A stretch of DNA of 64,000 nt from the sequence record NC_027364.1. One strand, 5' to 3'. The first letter of the stretch is position 1, and every line of letters starts with the position of its first letter. Of the stretch, positions 18,214 through 29,162 are shown piece by piece. The position numbers and the translations under genes were made by a program. The notes beneath the pieces are model-generated. The model was given only the letters and a program-made list of their open reading frames with translations, was not told where the DNA came from and ran no database searches.

Positions 18214-18629
18214 TTTGCCCTCTGCCTAGATACATATTCATTAATTGCATCTTCCAAATCATACCCTGACATTTTTACATTATCAATTGAAACATGATAT
18301 TTTTTCAGCACTTTTTGTCCAGCAGTGTTCTCCCATATAGACCCATCAGGCTCAATATGAACTTTATGGTTCAGGATGAAATCGAACATTTCTTCTTTTG
18401 ATAAGTTTGCTTTACGGGTTTCAATGTGATTGGTATTAAGTAATTCACGAGTATGTTTAATGCCATATTCAGTGTGCACACCAACACTACGATGCAAAAC
18501 TTTTAACTGCTCGGAAGCAGTCTCTTCATCATAAACATGAATAGTTTCAGTACTATATAAAATATCCTGAATATTACCAGTACTTACTTCTGTCCAAGTG
18601 TCTTTGAAATGAATTTTGATTGTTTTCAT
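18210..18629 (-). CDS. hypothetical protein
   Basis: 139-aa ORF. Confidence 0.7.
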   Translation of the reverse strand: MKTIKIHFKDTWTEVSTGNIQDILYSTETIHVYDEETASEQLKVLHRSVGVHTEYGIKHTRELLNTNHIETRKANLSKEEMFDFILNHKVHIEPDGSIWENTAGQKVLKKYHVSIDNVKMSGYDLEDAINEYVSRQRAN

Positions 18630-18640
18630 GGAAGCTCGTA

Positions 18641-19087
18641 TTAGTTATATGCTGTGAATAGGTCAATGTTTTTATCATCTACACTGATTAATTTACCAGT
18701 TGAACTAACAAACACAATATTACCACCAGGGGTGATTTGAACACGCTGGTTTACTGAATATTGATCACTAAGGTTATAATTAGCCCATTCAACTACATAA
18801 CGCTGTTCAACACCGTTAGTATCATATAGATAAACGTGTGTAACGTCACGCATTTTTAAACGGTCTAACAGTGTAGAGTTGTCCATGAAATCCGATGGTG
18901 TATTGCTGCGTAATGCAATACCGAACTCACCGATAACAGTACTAATTGTCAGTCCGTTTGAAAAACGGCTACAAAGAGTTTTCTCATCAGCAATATGCAT
19001 CCATAAAACATTCTTTACATCAATATCAACAAATTCACAGTTTTCAAAAACTAAACCTACTTTGGAAACTTTACCATTAAATTGCAT
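18641..19087 (-). CDS. conserved phage hypothetical protein
   Basis: LVFENCE...RL..RDVTHVYL...Y.V.W...N.N motif set. Confidence 0.7.
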   Translation of the reverse strand: MQFNGKVSKVGLVFENCEFVDIDVKNVLWMHIADEKTLCSRFSNGLTISTVIGEFGIALRSNTPSDFMDNSTLLDRLKMRDVTHVYLYDTNGVEQRYVVEWANYNLSDQYSVNQRVQITPGGNIVFVSSTGKLISVDDKNIDLFTAYN

Positions 19088-19532
19088 TAGTAACTCCTAT
19101 TTTTTTATATTTTAAAATTAAATCACTCACGGCTTTCATTAGCTTATATGGAATAGCTAACTCTTGAACAGTACTTTCCATAAAATGTTCTTCTTCTGTA
19201 TCATAAAATGTTGAACTATAGTGTTCACAATCATCTATACTATCATAAAAAGAAGACGTAAGTTTATCAACAATGACAGTGATTTGTTTGTCAGTTTTGG
19301 CACATCCTACCTGAACGGTTAATCCAATATCATCAGCCTCTACACGAATTATAAACGAATTATTAGTATAGTTCAGCCAACAATCTTCACCAAAGTATAC
19401 AACACTGTGTTTCTTCTGAAATGAAGTTGCGGTGTTAAGAACACCAATAACAACATCAACTGTTTTTTCATTTAAAATATTAGACATTTTTATTCCTGCT
19501 TCGTATGTTTCGTGAAATCTCAAATATTCCAT
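19077..19532 (-). CDS. EExxFQxS-motif family protein
   Basis: DTEEEHFMESTVQEL. Confidence 0.7.
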   Translation of the reverse strand: MEYLRFHETYEAGIKMSNILNEKTVDVVIGVLNTATSFQKKHSVVYFGEDCWLNYTNNSFIIRVEADDIGLTVQVGCAKTDKQITVIVDKLTSSFYDSIDDCEHYSSTFYDTEEEHFMESTVQELAIPYKLMKAVSDLILKYKKIGVTNAI

Positions 19533-19908
19533 TCAACTGCTCAACAGTTAAACCCTGTAAATCGTAAACTGTTGATAGTTGAAAGAACATCTCTGAATCT
19601 ATAGTATCATGTTCAATTGGAAGACTCAAGAGGTCTTTATTAATAAAATAATCATATGTTCGAATTGTCAAAGAATCACCAAAGATATCAATGTAAAATT
19701 TCGGAACATTATGTAACGAAACATCTATTAATATGTTTTCAGCATATCTACACGAAATTTTAGAATTATTTTTATAAGATTGGTATGAAAAATTATAAGG
19801 TTCATCGACCAATGTGTATGATGAGGTATCACCTTCGGAAAATATTACACCACATTCAATAAGATGTGTTAACGACTTAGGTGGAATTTTTAACATTTCA
19901 CTTCCCAT
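19480..19908 (-). CDS. EExxFQxS-motif family protein
   Basis: DSEMFFQLSTVYDLQGLTVEQL. Confidence 0.7.
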   Translation of the reverse strand: MGSEMLKIPPKSLTHLIECGVIFSEGDTSSYTLVDEPYNFSYQSYKNNSKISCRYAENILIDVSLHNVPKFYIDIFGDSLTIRTYDYFINKDLLSLPIEHDTIDSEMFFQLSTVYDLQGLTVEQLNGIFEISRNIRSRNKNV

Positions 19909-20326
19909 CCTTACTCATATTACTACGGATCACCCCACTAAGAAAACATATTTTCCTTAATGTATCATAACTGATATTTGTAAGATCATGTACAAAATTC
20001 AACTGCAAGTACATTTCTTCAGTTAATTGATTAAATGTATCATCAACATGAATGTTAGTATGTTCCGTTATATCTATTTCTATATTATTTTCCCAAATAT
20101 CAATGCTAACAGCATAGTCTGATGTATGTCTGGATTGAACTGAAATAAAAATATTATTACTGTTGTATAATGTCTCTGTGTATCCATTCAAAAATGATCC
20201 AACGACAACATCAAAAATGCCATCTCTAATTGGGTTTTTTGTTTCAAACGTATCACTACAAACTTGACGGTATACAATGTCAACATACTTATCAATTAAA
20301 GTAAACAAATAACTCATTGCATTCAC
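19898..20326 (-). CDS. EExxFQxS-motif family protein
   Basis: LTEEMYLQLNFVHDLTNISYDTL. Confidence 0.7.
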   Translation of the reverse strand: MNAMSYLFTLIDKYVDIVYRQVCSDTFETKNPIRDGIFDVVVGSFLNGYTETLYNSNNIFISVQSRHTSDYAVSIDIWENNIEIDITEHTNIHVDDTFNQLTEEMYLQLNFVHDLTNISYDTLRKICFLSGVIRSNMSKDGK

Positions 20327-20335
20327 CTATATAAG

Positions 20336-20364
20336 AAAAAAGGCCGATTCATCGAATCAGCCTT
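20336..20364 (-). terminator. intrinsic terminator
   Basis: AAGGCTGATTC-GAT-GAATCGGCCTT + TTTT. Confidence 0.75.
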
Positions 20365-20365
20365 A

Positions 20366-20395
20366 AGTATAACACAGTAGAAGTTAAAAAGTCAA
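20366..20395 (-). promoter_or_regulatory. promoter TTGACT-N18-TATACT (extended -10)
   Basis: motifs read directly. Confidence 0.55.
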
Positions 20396-20551
20396 CTTCT
20401 AAATTACAGCATCCAAGAGGAATAAAAAGATACTGTTAGAGGGTAACGAATATAATGAATTTGAGGGTAATATCATTATACGTAAAAAAGTGATAGCTTC
20501 TATACATAAGGAGGAATCAGTACTGACTAGAAGCTATCGGGTTAAACGATT

Positions 20552-20836
20552 TCAGTACTGAGTGTTTAGTTTAGGATGAGTATTTCCATCTTCGATTTGT
20601 TTTATAATCGAGTCACGAATTTCTACTGCCCCTTGATAACTATATTTATCTTTTGGGAACACCCATGTATATTCGCCATCAGTGGTTTTAAAATCAATAC
20701 ATGGATTATCCCTGTATTCAGATGCAATGATTGCAATAACATGTAATGAATTCAATGAATGATTTGTATAAGGATAATTATTATTATCTCTGAACGTGAA
20801 TGTTTTAAGTTCATCAGGTGCAACAATGAATTCCAT
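20552..20836 (-). CDS. hypothetical protein
   Basis: 94-aa ORF coupled to neighbour. Confidence 0.7.
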   Translation of the reverse strand: MEFIVAPDELKTFTFRDNNNYPYTNHSLNSLHVIAIIASEYRDNPCIDFKTTDGEYTWVFPKDKYSYQGAVEIRDSIIKQIEDGNTHPKLNTQY

Positions 20837-21027
20837 TATTCATCCTCGTACTTCTTGAATGGTGGAACATCTACCTTGAAGTCTTTGCACATCTTAGTTG
20901 TACGAACTTCAGTATTGTTGTGATAATTTTTCTTAAATTCATAAGAAACATAATTACGAATACCAGGTGTATGAATAATAGCAAGAACCAATGTACGACC
21001 AAACAAGCATAATAAATTCCAGAACAT
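20836..21027 (-). CDS. hypothetical protein
   Basis: 63 aa, AGGAG SD. Confidence 0.6.
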   Translation of the reverse strand: MFWNLLCLFGRTLVLAIIHTPGIRNYVSYEFKKNYHNNTEVRTTKMCKDFKVDVPPFKKYEDE

Positions 21028-21036
21028 ATGAATCTC

Positions 21037-21402
21037 CTAATTGTGGGTTTTAACCAAACGTGAGACAGCTAGTATAGCATTAACCTCATCCAATGTCAAC
21101 CCACCAATGTCATTAATCATTGAGTACTGAAATAGTGATTCTTCAGTGTAATGGTAATCATGAGAAGCAATAAAGATTGCTGGTTTAGAGGCATCCAAAA
21201 TTATCTTTGTCATTGTACTATATATATCAAATTGATATAATAGATTTTCACCTGTATATGCTACGTAGATATTATTTGAATAGGCTGGATGTACCATTGT
21301 AAAACCATCATAACATAATATTTTTATGTTCGGATCGTCAAAATTGCCTGTATAAAGGTTATTACAAACATCTTGCATTATACGTACTATTAGACTAGTC
21401 AT
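21037..21402 (-). CDS. EExxFQxS-motif family protein
   Basis: YTEESLFQYSMINDIGGLTLDEV. Confidence 0.7.
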   Translation of the reverse strand: MTSLIVRIMQDVCNNLYTGNFDDPNIKILCYDGFTMVHPAYSNNIYVAYTGENLLYQFDIYSTMTKIILDASKPAIFIASHDYHYTEESLFQYSMINDIGGLTLDEVNAILAVSRLVKTHN

Positions 21403-21820
21403 TTAATGGATTTAGTACCTCTTCTGGAATCAACTTTTGAACTTTAAGTATAGCTTTAATGTCCTCAAATGTTAATCCTAATGTGTCGTTAAGGAGGCAG
21501 TACTGGAAGAATTTTTCTTCAGTATCAATATCGTTAACATTCAATTCAATTGATTCATCATCATAATCATAATCTTCATTATCACATTCATAACTTCTGA
21601 ATATAACTTTTTCAAAATACACATCAAATGAATAAAAATGATTATTGAATTCATAACCAAGAAAAATATTAAAACATTTACTCAAATCTGTGGTTTGATT
21701 CAAATCTGGATCATAGCAAAATACTCTAACTTCACCAATATCTTCTAATTGTACATCATGCAGTGACCATGCGTTGTTTTTTAATACATAGTTCACCATT
21801 TTAACAATGTTGTATGTCAT
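21395..21820 (-). CDS. EExxFQxS-motif family protein
   Basis: DTEEKFFQYCLLNDTLGLTFEDI. Confidence 0.7.
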   Translation of the reverse strand: MTYNIVKMVNYVLKNNAWSLHDVQLEDIGEVRVFCYDPDLNQTTDLSKCFNIFLGYEFNNHFYSFDVYFEKVIFRSYECDNEDYDYDDESIELNVNDIDTEEKFFQYCLLNDTLGLTFEDIKAILKVQKLIPEEVLNPLND

Positions 21821-21826
21821 AGTGTA

Positions 21827-21916
<90 letters not shown>

Positions 21917-21928
21917 AGAAGTAAGATA

Positions 21929-22101
<173 letters not shown>

Positions 22102-22144
22102 ATTGACCTCGTTAGATTAAAACCCCCAGTTTTCTTCTTGAACC

Positions 22145-22929
<785 letters not shown>

Positions 22930-22944
22930 TTATACCTCGCATTG

Positions 22945-23104
<160 letters not shown>

Positions 23105-23107
23105 GTA

Positions 23108-23233
<126 letters not shown>

Positions 23234-23242
23234 GTAGTATTT

Positions 23243-23602
23243 TCAGAAAAAAACCTTATTCAACACTTTAATTATCACAGAATTTAATTCATGTGGGAAC
23301 ACATTTTCATATACTGTGCGTTTCTGAAATTCATCTTCTTCATCAGCACTTAGCTGGAAGGTAATGTATTGAGCATTTATACTATTTATTATATCACGTA
23401 AAGTGTTATTTGTCCTTTTTATTTCTTCAAATGATTCAAAAACAATTACATCGTCATTTATAATAAATGATTCACCATATTCATTGAAAATGCGAATTCC
23501 AGGATTATCTTTACACCAGTTATTGGTATGGTCTGTTGTTAATTTTGAATTCAAAAATGATTTAAGAAACTCTTCATACTTTGAAATGTCTTTAACACTC
23601 AT
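23243..23602 (-). CDS. EExxFQxS-motif family protein (variant)
   Basis: ADEEDEFQKRTVYEN. Confidence 0.65.
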   Translation of the reverse strand: MSVKDISKYEEFLKSFLNSKLTTDHTNNWCKDNPGIRIFNEYGESFIINDDVIVFESFEEIKRTNNTLRDIINSINAQYITFQLSADEEDEFQKRTVYENVFPHELNSVIIKVLNKVFF

Positions 23603-23625
23603 ATCACCAACTTTAATTAAAAAAA

Positions 23626-23958
23626 TGGATGGTGACGCTTTTAAACGCCGCTGTTAATTCAGCTTTATAACCACCCGTTTTAACTTACCTTTCGGCTACC
23701 TTGACGTGGGGCGTACAGGCTACTAAAAGCAACTTCTGTAAACATATTTCCACGCCTTACCCTTTTAAATAAAAGTCCATCCGGTTTTCCAGTTTGGTGA
23801 AGGACTTTCACCTCTAGTTTCAACCTGCTAGTCAAGTAATAATTGCCTATCGTCCAATTATCAAACCCGTCTAGGTTAACATTCACCACTTCCTAGAGTA
23901 CCAGAGATCTTGTTCTGGTTAGCATCGACGTAACTTACACCATATACGTCTGATTGTG
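23626..23958 (-). ncRNA. candidate structured ncRNA (about 330 nt) with tRNA-like 3' domain
   Basis: promoter at 23965-23993, multiple stems, 3' GGGTGGT/ACCATCC-A helix then T run. Confidence 0.5.
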
Positions 23959-23964
23959 GAATTC

Positions 23965-24002
<38 letters not shown>

Positions 24003-24059
24003 ACAAATCTGGACGTTCATCTTTAAACATATTAATATCCTCAGTACTGAATTATTTAG

Positions 24060-24473
<414 letters not shown>

Positions 24474-24483
24474 CTTTTTTTTT

Positions 24484-24645
<162 letters not shown>

Positions 24646-24649
<4 letters not shown>

Positions 24650-24810
24650 GTTCGTACCATTATTTCAATAAAGAACCACGGATACGCTTCATGGTTTATA
24701 AGTTTATCGTATTCTGCTGGGTCTGACATGATTTCCCAATGATACTTTCTCCAGTTACCGAAACCTGCATATCTAAAATTAATGTCATTCATCCATTCTT
24801 CATGCGTCAT
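24646..24810 (-). CDS. MTHEEW microprotein (54 aa, not in ORF track)
   Basis: MTHEEWMNDINFRYAGFGNWRKYHW...PWFFIEIMVRT. Confidence 0.65.
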
Positions 24811-24814
24811 GGTT

Positions 24815-24916
<102 letters not shown>

Positions 24917-24920
24917 ATTT

Positions 24921-25036
<116 letters not shown>

Positions 25037-25053
25037 ATGTGATGTCCCATTAT

Positions 25054-25326
25054 TTATGATTCAGTTTGAGGATTAAATTTGATAAATTCATCTTTATGTT
25101 CATCTTCAAACGCAATATCTTCTACGTATTCAGGCCAAATCGTAGTGTCTCCTTGATAAAAGCGATAATTATCAAATACTGCACTACGCGTTCTTCCCTG
25201 TTCCCAGCCAATCGTACAGTCATGATATACATCCCCACTACTTGTACGAATACTAATGGTGTCTTGAGTTTCATAAAGAACTTCAATGCGTGTGTTACGA
25301 TTTACGTTGAATTTTTCAAAATGCAT
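25054..25326 (-). CDS. hypothetical protein
   Basis: 90 aa, GAGG SD. Confidence 0.7.
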   Translation of the reverse strand: MHFEKFNVNRNTRIEVLYETQDTISIRTSSGDVYHDCTIGWEQGRTRSAVFDNYRFYQGDTTIWPEYVEDIAFEDEHKDEFIKFNPQTES

Positions 25327-25358
25327 AATATTATCCTCATCTAGAACCAGTGATAATC

Positions 25359-25387
25359 ATTATATAATGAATTAATGATTTATGCAA
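25359..25387 (-). promoter_or_regulatory. promoter TTGCAT-N17-TATAAT, -10 inside a 14-bp palindrome
   Basis: motifs read directly. Confidence 0.6.
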
Positions 25388-25598
25388 GTGTTTTAGATAC
25401 ACCGACACCAATAATTCCAGTGATATCGATATGGATATTGGCAAGTTGATTACTATCATATGGGTTTGTTTCTGTAATAACCAATGTTGTATCATTGACT
25501 AAAACCACAGTACCTTTTACACGATAACCATGTAGTAGTACTTGAACCTCATCTTCAGGTTTTAATGATTGAATAACTTCAAATAAAGTTGTTTCCAT
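25380..25598 (-). CDS. hypothetical protein (Sm/SH3-like?)
   Basis: start moved to METTLF (AAGGA SD); ORF track gives 25706. Confidence 0.6.
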   Translation of the reverse strand: METTLFEVIQSLKPEDEVQVLLHGYRVKGTVVLVNDTTLVITETNPYDSNQLANIHIDITGIIGVGVSKTLA

Positions 25599-25614
25599 TT
25601 TTTGTATTCCTTGT

Positions 25615-25797
25615 TTAGTTTTGATTATTTGACTTTCTAAATGCCAGTTCGCATATAAACCAGGGTTTTCTGGTATCCAAAACATATGACCTGAAAAGAT
25701 TTTCATCTCTTAATATATCATAATGTACCTGACGAATGCCATTCCCAAAGCAGTCATGTTCTTTATGCTGTTTGGACATCCATTCTTCGTGTGTCAT
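25615..25797 (-). CDS. MTHEEW microprotein (60 aa)
   Basis: start reassigned to MTHEEW, just after the upstream TAA. Confidence 0.65.
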   Translation of the reverse strand: MTHEEWMSKQHKEHDCFGNGIRQVHYDILRDENLFRSYVLDTRKPWFICELAFRKSNNQN

Positions 25798-25798
25798 T

Positions 25799-26014
25799 TT
25801 ATGTATCCAGTACAATTAAGTGCTGCATCTCTTCTTTTGTAAAGAAAGCACTGTCATGAACAATAGAACCAGTCTTATCAACTACATAGTACAGGTTTCC
25901 ATATTGTTGAACATCAATTCCGTCAATTTCAATTCGTGGAAAATTTTGGACAATACAGTCTGCACCGAAAACCTCACCAAAAAAGTTTCCTGCTGGATTG
26001 ATAATGACTTTCAT
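25799..26014 (-). CDS. hypothetical protein
   Basis: 71 aa, AGGTG SD. Confidence 0.65.
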   Translation of the reverse strand: MKVIINPAGNFFGEVFGADCIVQNFPRIEIDGIDVQQYGNLYYVVDKTGSIVHDSAFFTKEEMQHLIVLDT

Positions 26015-26032
26015 ATTAAATCACCTTTATTG

Positions 26033-26114
<82 letters not shown>

Positions 26115-26138
26115 GTAATAACTATTATATTTATCTTA

Positions 26139-26315
26139 CTATTTTTTGTCTCTAATAGCAAGCTCGTAGATGAACCAGTGGTTGGAATCTTCGTCCAAAA
26201 CCAATGATTCGAACGTTTTTTTATCGTTCAAAACATCATAATGGCCTTGGCGTATACCAAATCCAAAATGATCATGTTTATATTTTAGTGACTCTATCCA
26301 TTCTTCATGTGTCAT
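26139..26315 (-). CDS. MTHEEW microprotein (58 aa)
   Basis: MTHEEWIESLKYKHDHFGFG...WFIYELAIRDKK. Confidence 0.65.
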   Translation of the reverse strand: MTHEEWIESLKYKHDHFGFGIRQGHYDVLNDKKTFESLVLDEDSNHWFIYELAIRDKK

Positions 26316-26316
26316 T

Positions 26317-26390
26317 TTATGTATCCAGTTCAATTAAGTGTTTCATTTATTCTTCTGTAAAGAAAGCATTGCAATGGACAATGGAAAAGG
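26317..26390 (-). pseudogene. remnant of the 3' end of the 25799..26014 gene
   Basis: SIVHCNAFFTEE*MKHLIELDT vs SIVHDSAFFTKEEMQHLIVLDT, with in-frame stop. Confidence 0.65.
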
Positions 26391-26393
26391 TTA

Positions 26394-26573
26394 TTATATT
26401 TTTTTGTCTCTAACCGCAAGCTCATAGATGAACCAACGATTTCCATTCTCATCTAGTACATATGATTCGAACTTATATTTGTCTCGTAAAATATCGAAAT
26501 GACCATCAATAAATCCATTTCCAAACTGGTCATAACGTTTTTTCATCATTGCCATCCATTCTTCATGTGTCAT
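26394..26573 (-). CDS. MTHEEW microprotein (59 aa, not in ORF track)
   Basis: MTHEEWMAMMKKRYDQFGNG...WFIYELAVRDKKI. Confidence 0.65.
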   Translation of the reverse strand: MTHEEWMAMMKKRYDQFGNGFIDGHFDILRDKYKFESYVLDENGNRWFIYELAVRDKKI

Positions 26574-26755
26574 CTCTTAATATCCATAACGGCTATACTA
26601 AAATATGTACCAAAATCATCACAATTGATAATGTTGTTATAGTACTCAATTGGGTTACGCAATGATATATACAATTCAAGCTTAAAATAGTATATATCTG
26701 CTGCATTTATATTATAGTGTAGATTAAACCACTCATCAAATGTCTTAGGCTGCAT
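26570..26755 (-). CDS. hypothetical protein, possible distant MTHEEW relative
   Basis: KTFDEW start, similar size and aromatic pattern. Confidence 0.55.
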   Translation of the reverse strand: MQPKTFDEWFNLHYNINAADIYYFKLELYISLRNPIEYYNNIINCDDFGTYFSIAVMDIKR

Positions 26756-27149
26756 TATATTTATCTTTATAAAAATCCATGATTTTAGTCAACAGTACTG
26801 CAATCGTATAATCTAAATCAGGATAAAGTAAATTGTACTGAAATTCTTCCTCAACACTATAGTTAGTGGTACAGTACTGGTAATCTTTATAACCTATTGA
26901 AAAATAATTCGGATACAATGTACAACGGAAGCGATAAGCTTCATCTGTCATATAATCATTGTATTCAACACAGAAGTATAGTGATTTTGAATTTAATTCG
27001 ATAAGCTCCACGAAACCATCTGGTAATGAATGGTTATAAATTACTGAATCTTCATTAAACCATTCATAGTATTTTTCCAAAAAATCACTAATGGATACAT
27101 CCAGACTTTGTATAGGTGGAGTTATGATAATTTGAACTTCTTTATTCAT
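26745..27149 (-). CDS. EExxFQxS-motif family protein (variant)
   Basis: SVEEEFQYNLLYPDL. Confidence 0.65.
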   Translation of the reverse strand: MNKEVQIIITPPIQSLDVSISDFLEKYYEWFNEDSVIYNHSLPDGFVELIELNSKSLYFCVEYNDYMTDEAYRFRCTLYPNYFSIGYKDYQYCTTNYSVEEEFQYNLLYPDLDYTIAVLLTKIMDFYKDKYNAA

Positions 27150-27649
27150 TTCGACCCCTTACTATATTTCACGTATGGGCTATCATACAGATCATAACTT
27201 TTTTGTGCACGTTCTTTTCGGCGTTCATACATGATTCTATCATACTCTTTAGCTTTCTGATTTGCTTCATTATACAATTTTAAAATTAGCAAAAATGCAT
27301 CAAGATCGGGATAGTTTGCTGGATTGATAGTACTCAGCATAAATCGTTCTTCTTCAGTTCTAGCTAAGTCAAATTCATACTTAATAGTTTTATACCCACT
27401 CCATTTATATATATGCGTTACTTTATTAGTAAGTACATTATATTCAACGAAGTCAGTACTACCATCAAGTACACGAGTAATCTTAATAGATGTACCAATG
27501 ACAATCTGCACAGAACTCATTTCTGAAGTTTTAAAGTAATAAATGTTATTACGGCGAAGATTAACTTCTCGATCTCCAATGCGAACATGCTTAATAACTT
27601 CCATTAATGGTTCTGGGACACCACGAATCGGCATGTTAGTATTCCTCAA
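27146..27649 (-). CDS. EExxFQxS-motif family protein (variant)
   Basis: RTEEERFMLSTINP. Confidence 0.65.
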   Translation of the reverse strand: MRNTNMPIRGVPEPLMEVIKHVRIGDREVNLRRNNIYYFKTSEMSSVQIVIGTSIKITRVLDGSTDFVEYNVLTNKVTHIYKWSGYKTIKYEFDLARTEEERFMLSTINPANYPDLDAFLLILKLYNEANQKAKEYDRIMYERRKERAQKSYDLYDSPYVKYSKGSK

Positions 27650-28205
27650 TAACGGTTAGGAATCTATCCCAACCAGTATAAGTGAAATGATCAAAGTATT
27701 GTTTTTCGCCACCTACCATATATACTTCAATTAAACCGTGGTCGAAATAATTTTTTGGTTTTTTAACTTCAGTTACGATTGCTTTATGTCTGAAACCATT
27801 ATAATCAGTATATGTTACAATATCGTGAATTTTGATATTATCAGGTGTATAAGTGTTGGCGTTATTATTGAGAACATGAAGATGATGGTCTACGATTTCT
27901 TTACTGGAAATTACTCCAAATATGTTACCAGAAAATACTTTATTACCATTACAGGTCAATGCCCAGCCATCACCAACTTCAATAGATTCAAATACATAAT
28001 GTGTGCAAATTTTAGATACATCTGACGTATCCCAGTAATCACCATCAAGATTGGTGAATTTATAAACAGTTTTGAGTTTTTCGCCATCAAATGAAAGCAA
28101 TGATACTCCGATAACAACCGTTCCGTCTTTAAGAATAATATTAAATTTATTATTTGTATTAAAGTATGCTTCTGACTCATATGTGTTGAATTTAATAAAG
28201 TTCAT
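27636..28205 (-). CDS. hypothetical protein
   Basis: 189 aa, AAGGAG SD. Confidence 0.7.
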   Translation of the reverse strand: MNFIKFNTYESEAYFNTNNKFNIILKDGTVVIGVSLLSFDGEKLKTVYKFTNLDGDYWDTSDVSKICTHYVFESIEVGDGWALTCNGNKVFSGNIFGVISSKEIVDHHLHVLNNNANTYTPDNIKIHDIVTYTDYNGFRHKAIVTEVKKPKNYFDHGLIEVYMVGGEKQYFDHFTYTGWDRFLTVIEEY

Positions 28206-28252
28206 ATGTTCTCCTTAGTAAGTCATAGTATTATATCAGAGTTTCATTGCAC

Positions 28253-28645
28253 TTACCAGCATGTTTTCATAACTTCTGTGATGTAAATCATTTTATCTTT
28301 TAGTGTGTAAGGGATGCAAATTTCACCTGGGCTTAACGTTGTGTTCTTTTGAAACTCATCTTCTTCGGAATCAGCCAGGTAAAATGGGTGTGTCACAAAG
28401 GTATCATCAACTGGACGATTATGTGGTTTCATTAATGCATCATGATTGACAAAATAATAAGCATCAATATCAGGACGGAAATACAAACAATCAACCTTAA
28501 TGCACGGGTGTAACCATAAGGACAAAGAATATGTTATTTGGTTACCAATTTGTCTTGGGCCTGATGCAATTGTATTGATGTTATTTTTATCTTGTACCAT
28601 TTCATAAATGAAATCTATCATTTCGTGTAGTTCTGATTCAGTCAT
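28253..28645 (-). CDS. EExxFQxS-motif family protein (variant)
   Basis: DSEEDEFQKNTTL. Confidence 0.65.
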   Translation of the reverse strand: MTESELHEMIDFIYEMVQDKNNINTIASGPRQIGNQITYSLSLWLHPCIKVDCLYFRPDIDAYYFVNHDALMKPHNRPVDDTFVTHPFYLADSEEDEFQKNTTLSPGEICIPYTLKDKMIYITEVMKTCW

Positions 28646-28656
28646 TTTATTTCCTT

Positions 28657-28687
28657 AAAAAAATACCCAGTACTTGACTGGGTATTT
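28657..28687 (-). terminator. intrinsic terminator
   Basis: AAATACCCAGT-CAAGT-ACTGGGTATTT + TTTT. Confidence 0.75.
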
Positions 28688-28699
28688 ACAAAGTAACGT

Positions 28700-28849
28700 T
28701 TAATCAGATTTCTTTTCGTAATCTGTAAAAACTGTCAGGATTGTTGCACATAGTGAATCAACTACTGATGCACGTGTGTTATCAAGGTCTTTAGCTAGTG
28801 CTTGAATCTCTTGAAGTTTTACTACTAAGTCGATTTTTTGATTACTCAT
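28700..28849 (-). CDS. 49-aa protein (not in ORF track)
   Basis: MSNQKIDLVVKLQEIQ...; AGGAG SD. Confidence 0.55.
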   Translation of the reverse strand: MSNQKIDLVVKLQEIQALAKDLDNTRASVVDSLCATILTVFTDYEKKSD

Positions 28850-28871
28850 TACTTCTCCTATTGGATGTTTT

Positions 28872-29162
28872 TTAGATATTAATTTTTATACCACTAAGGT
28901 CTAGAACTTTTTTATTAGATACTGTTTCTGATTCTAATTTAGTTTCTTTTACCTCAGTGTTAATATTTACGTCATCTTTGAGAATATCAGGGATAATACC
29001 ATGTTGAATATCATCGTACATAGAAACAACGGTTTCGGCACAAGATAACATTTCACGAACTTTGTACTGATAACCCTGTGGTAACTCATTGATGATTTCC
29101 ATAATATCTAGTAATTTAGTTTGGACATCAATAAGAATTTTTCTTGATTTTTCTGGTTCCAT
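28872..29162 (-). CDS. hypothetical protein
   Basis: 96-aa ORF coupled to neighbour. Confidence 0.7.
   Translation of the reverse strand: MEPEKSRKILIDVQTKLLDIMEIINELPQGYQYKVREMLSCAETVVSMYDDIQHGIIPDILKDDVNINTEVKETKLESETVSNKKVLDLSGIKINI

Noticed and set aside
23680-23889. 69-aa minus-strand ORF
   Set aside because: Weak start context and lies entirely in the stem-rich GC-richer segment; interpreted as ncRNA, though a small peptide cannot be excluded.
23626-23958. tmRNA call
   Set aside because: Both acceptor strands lie at the 3' end, the tag-like ORF is upstream and lacks a hydrophobic ALAA-type end, and the order fits neither standard nor permuted tmRNA.
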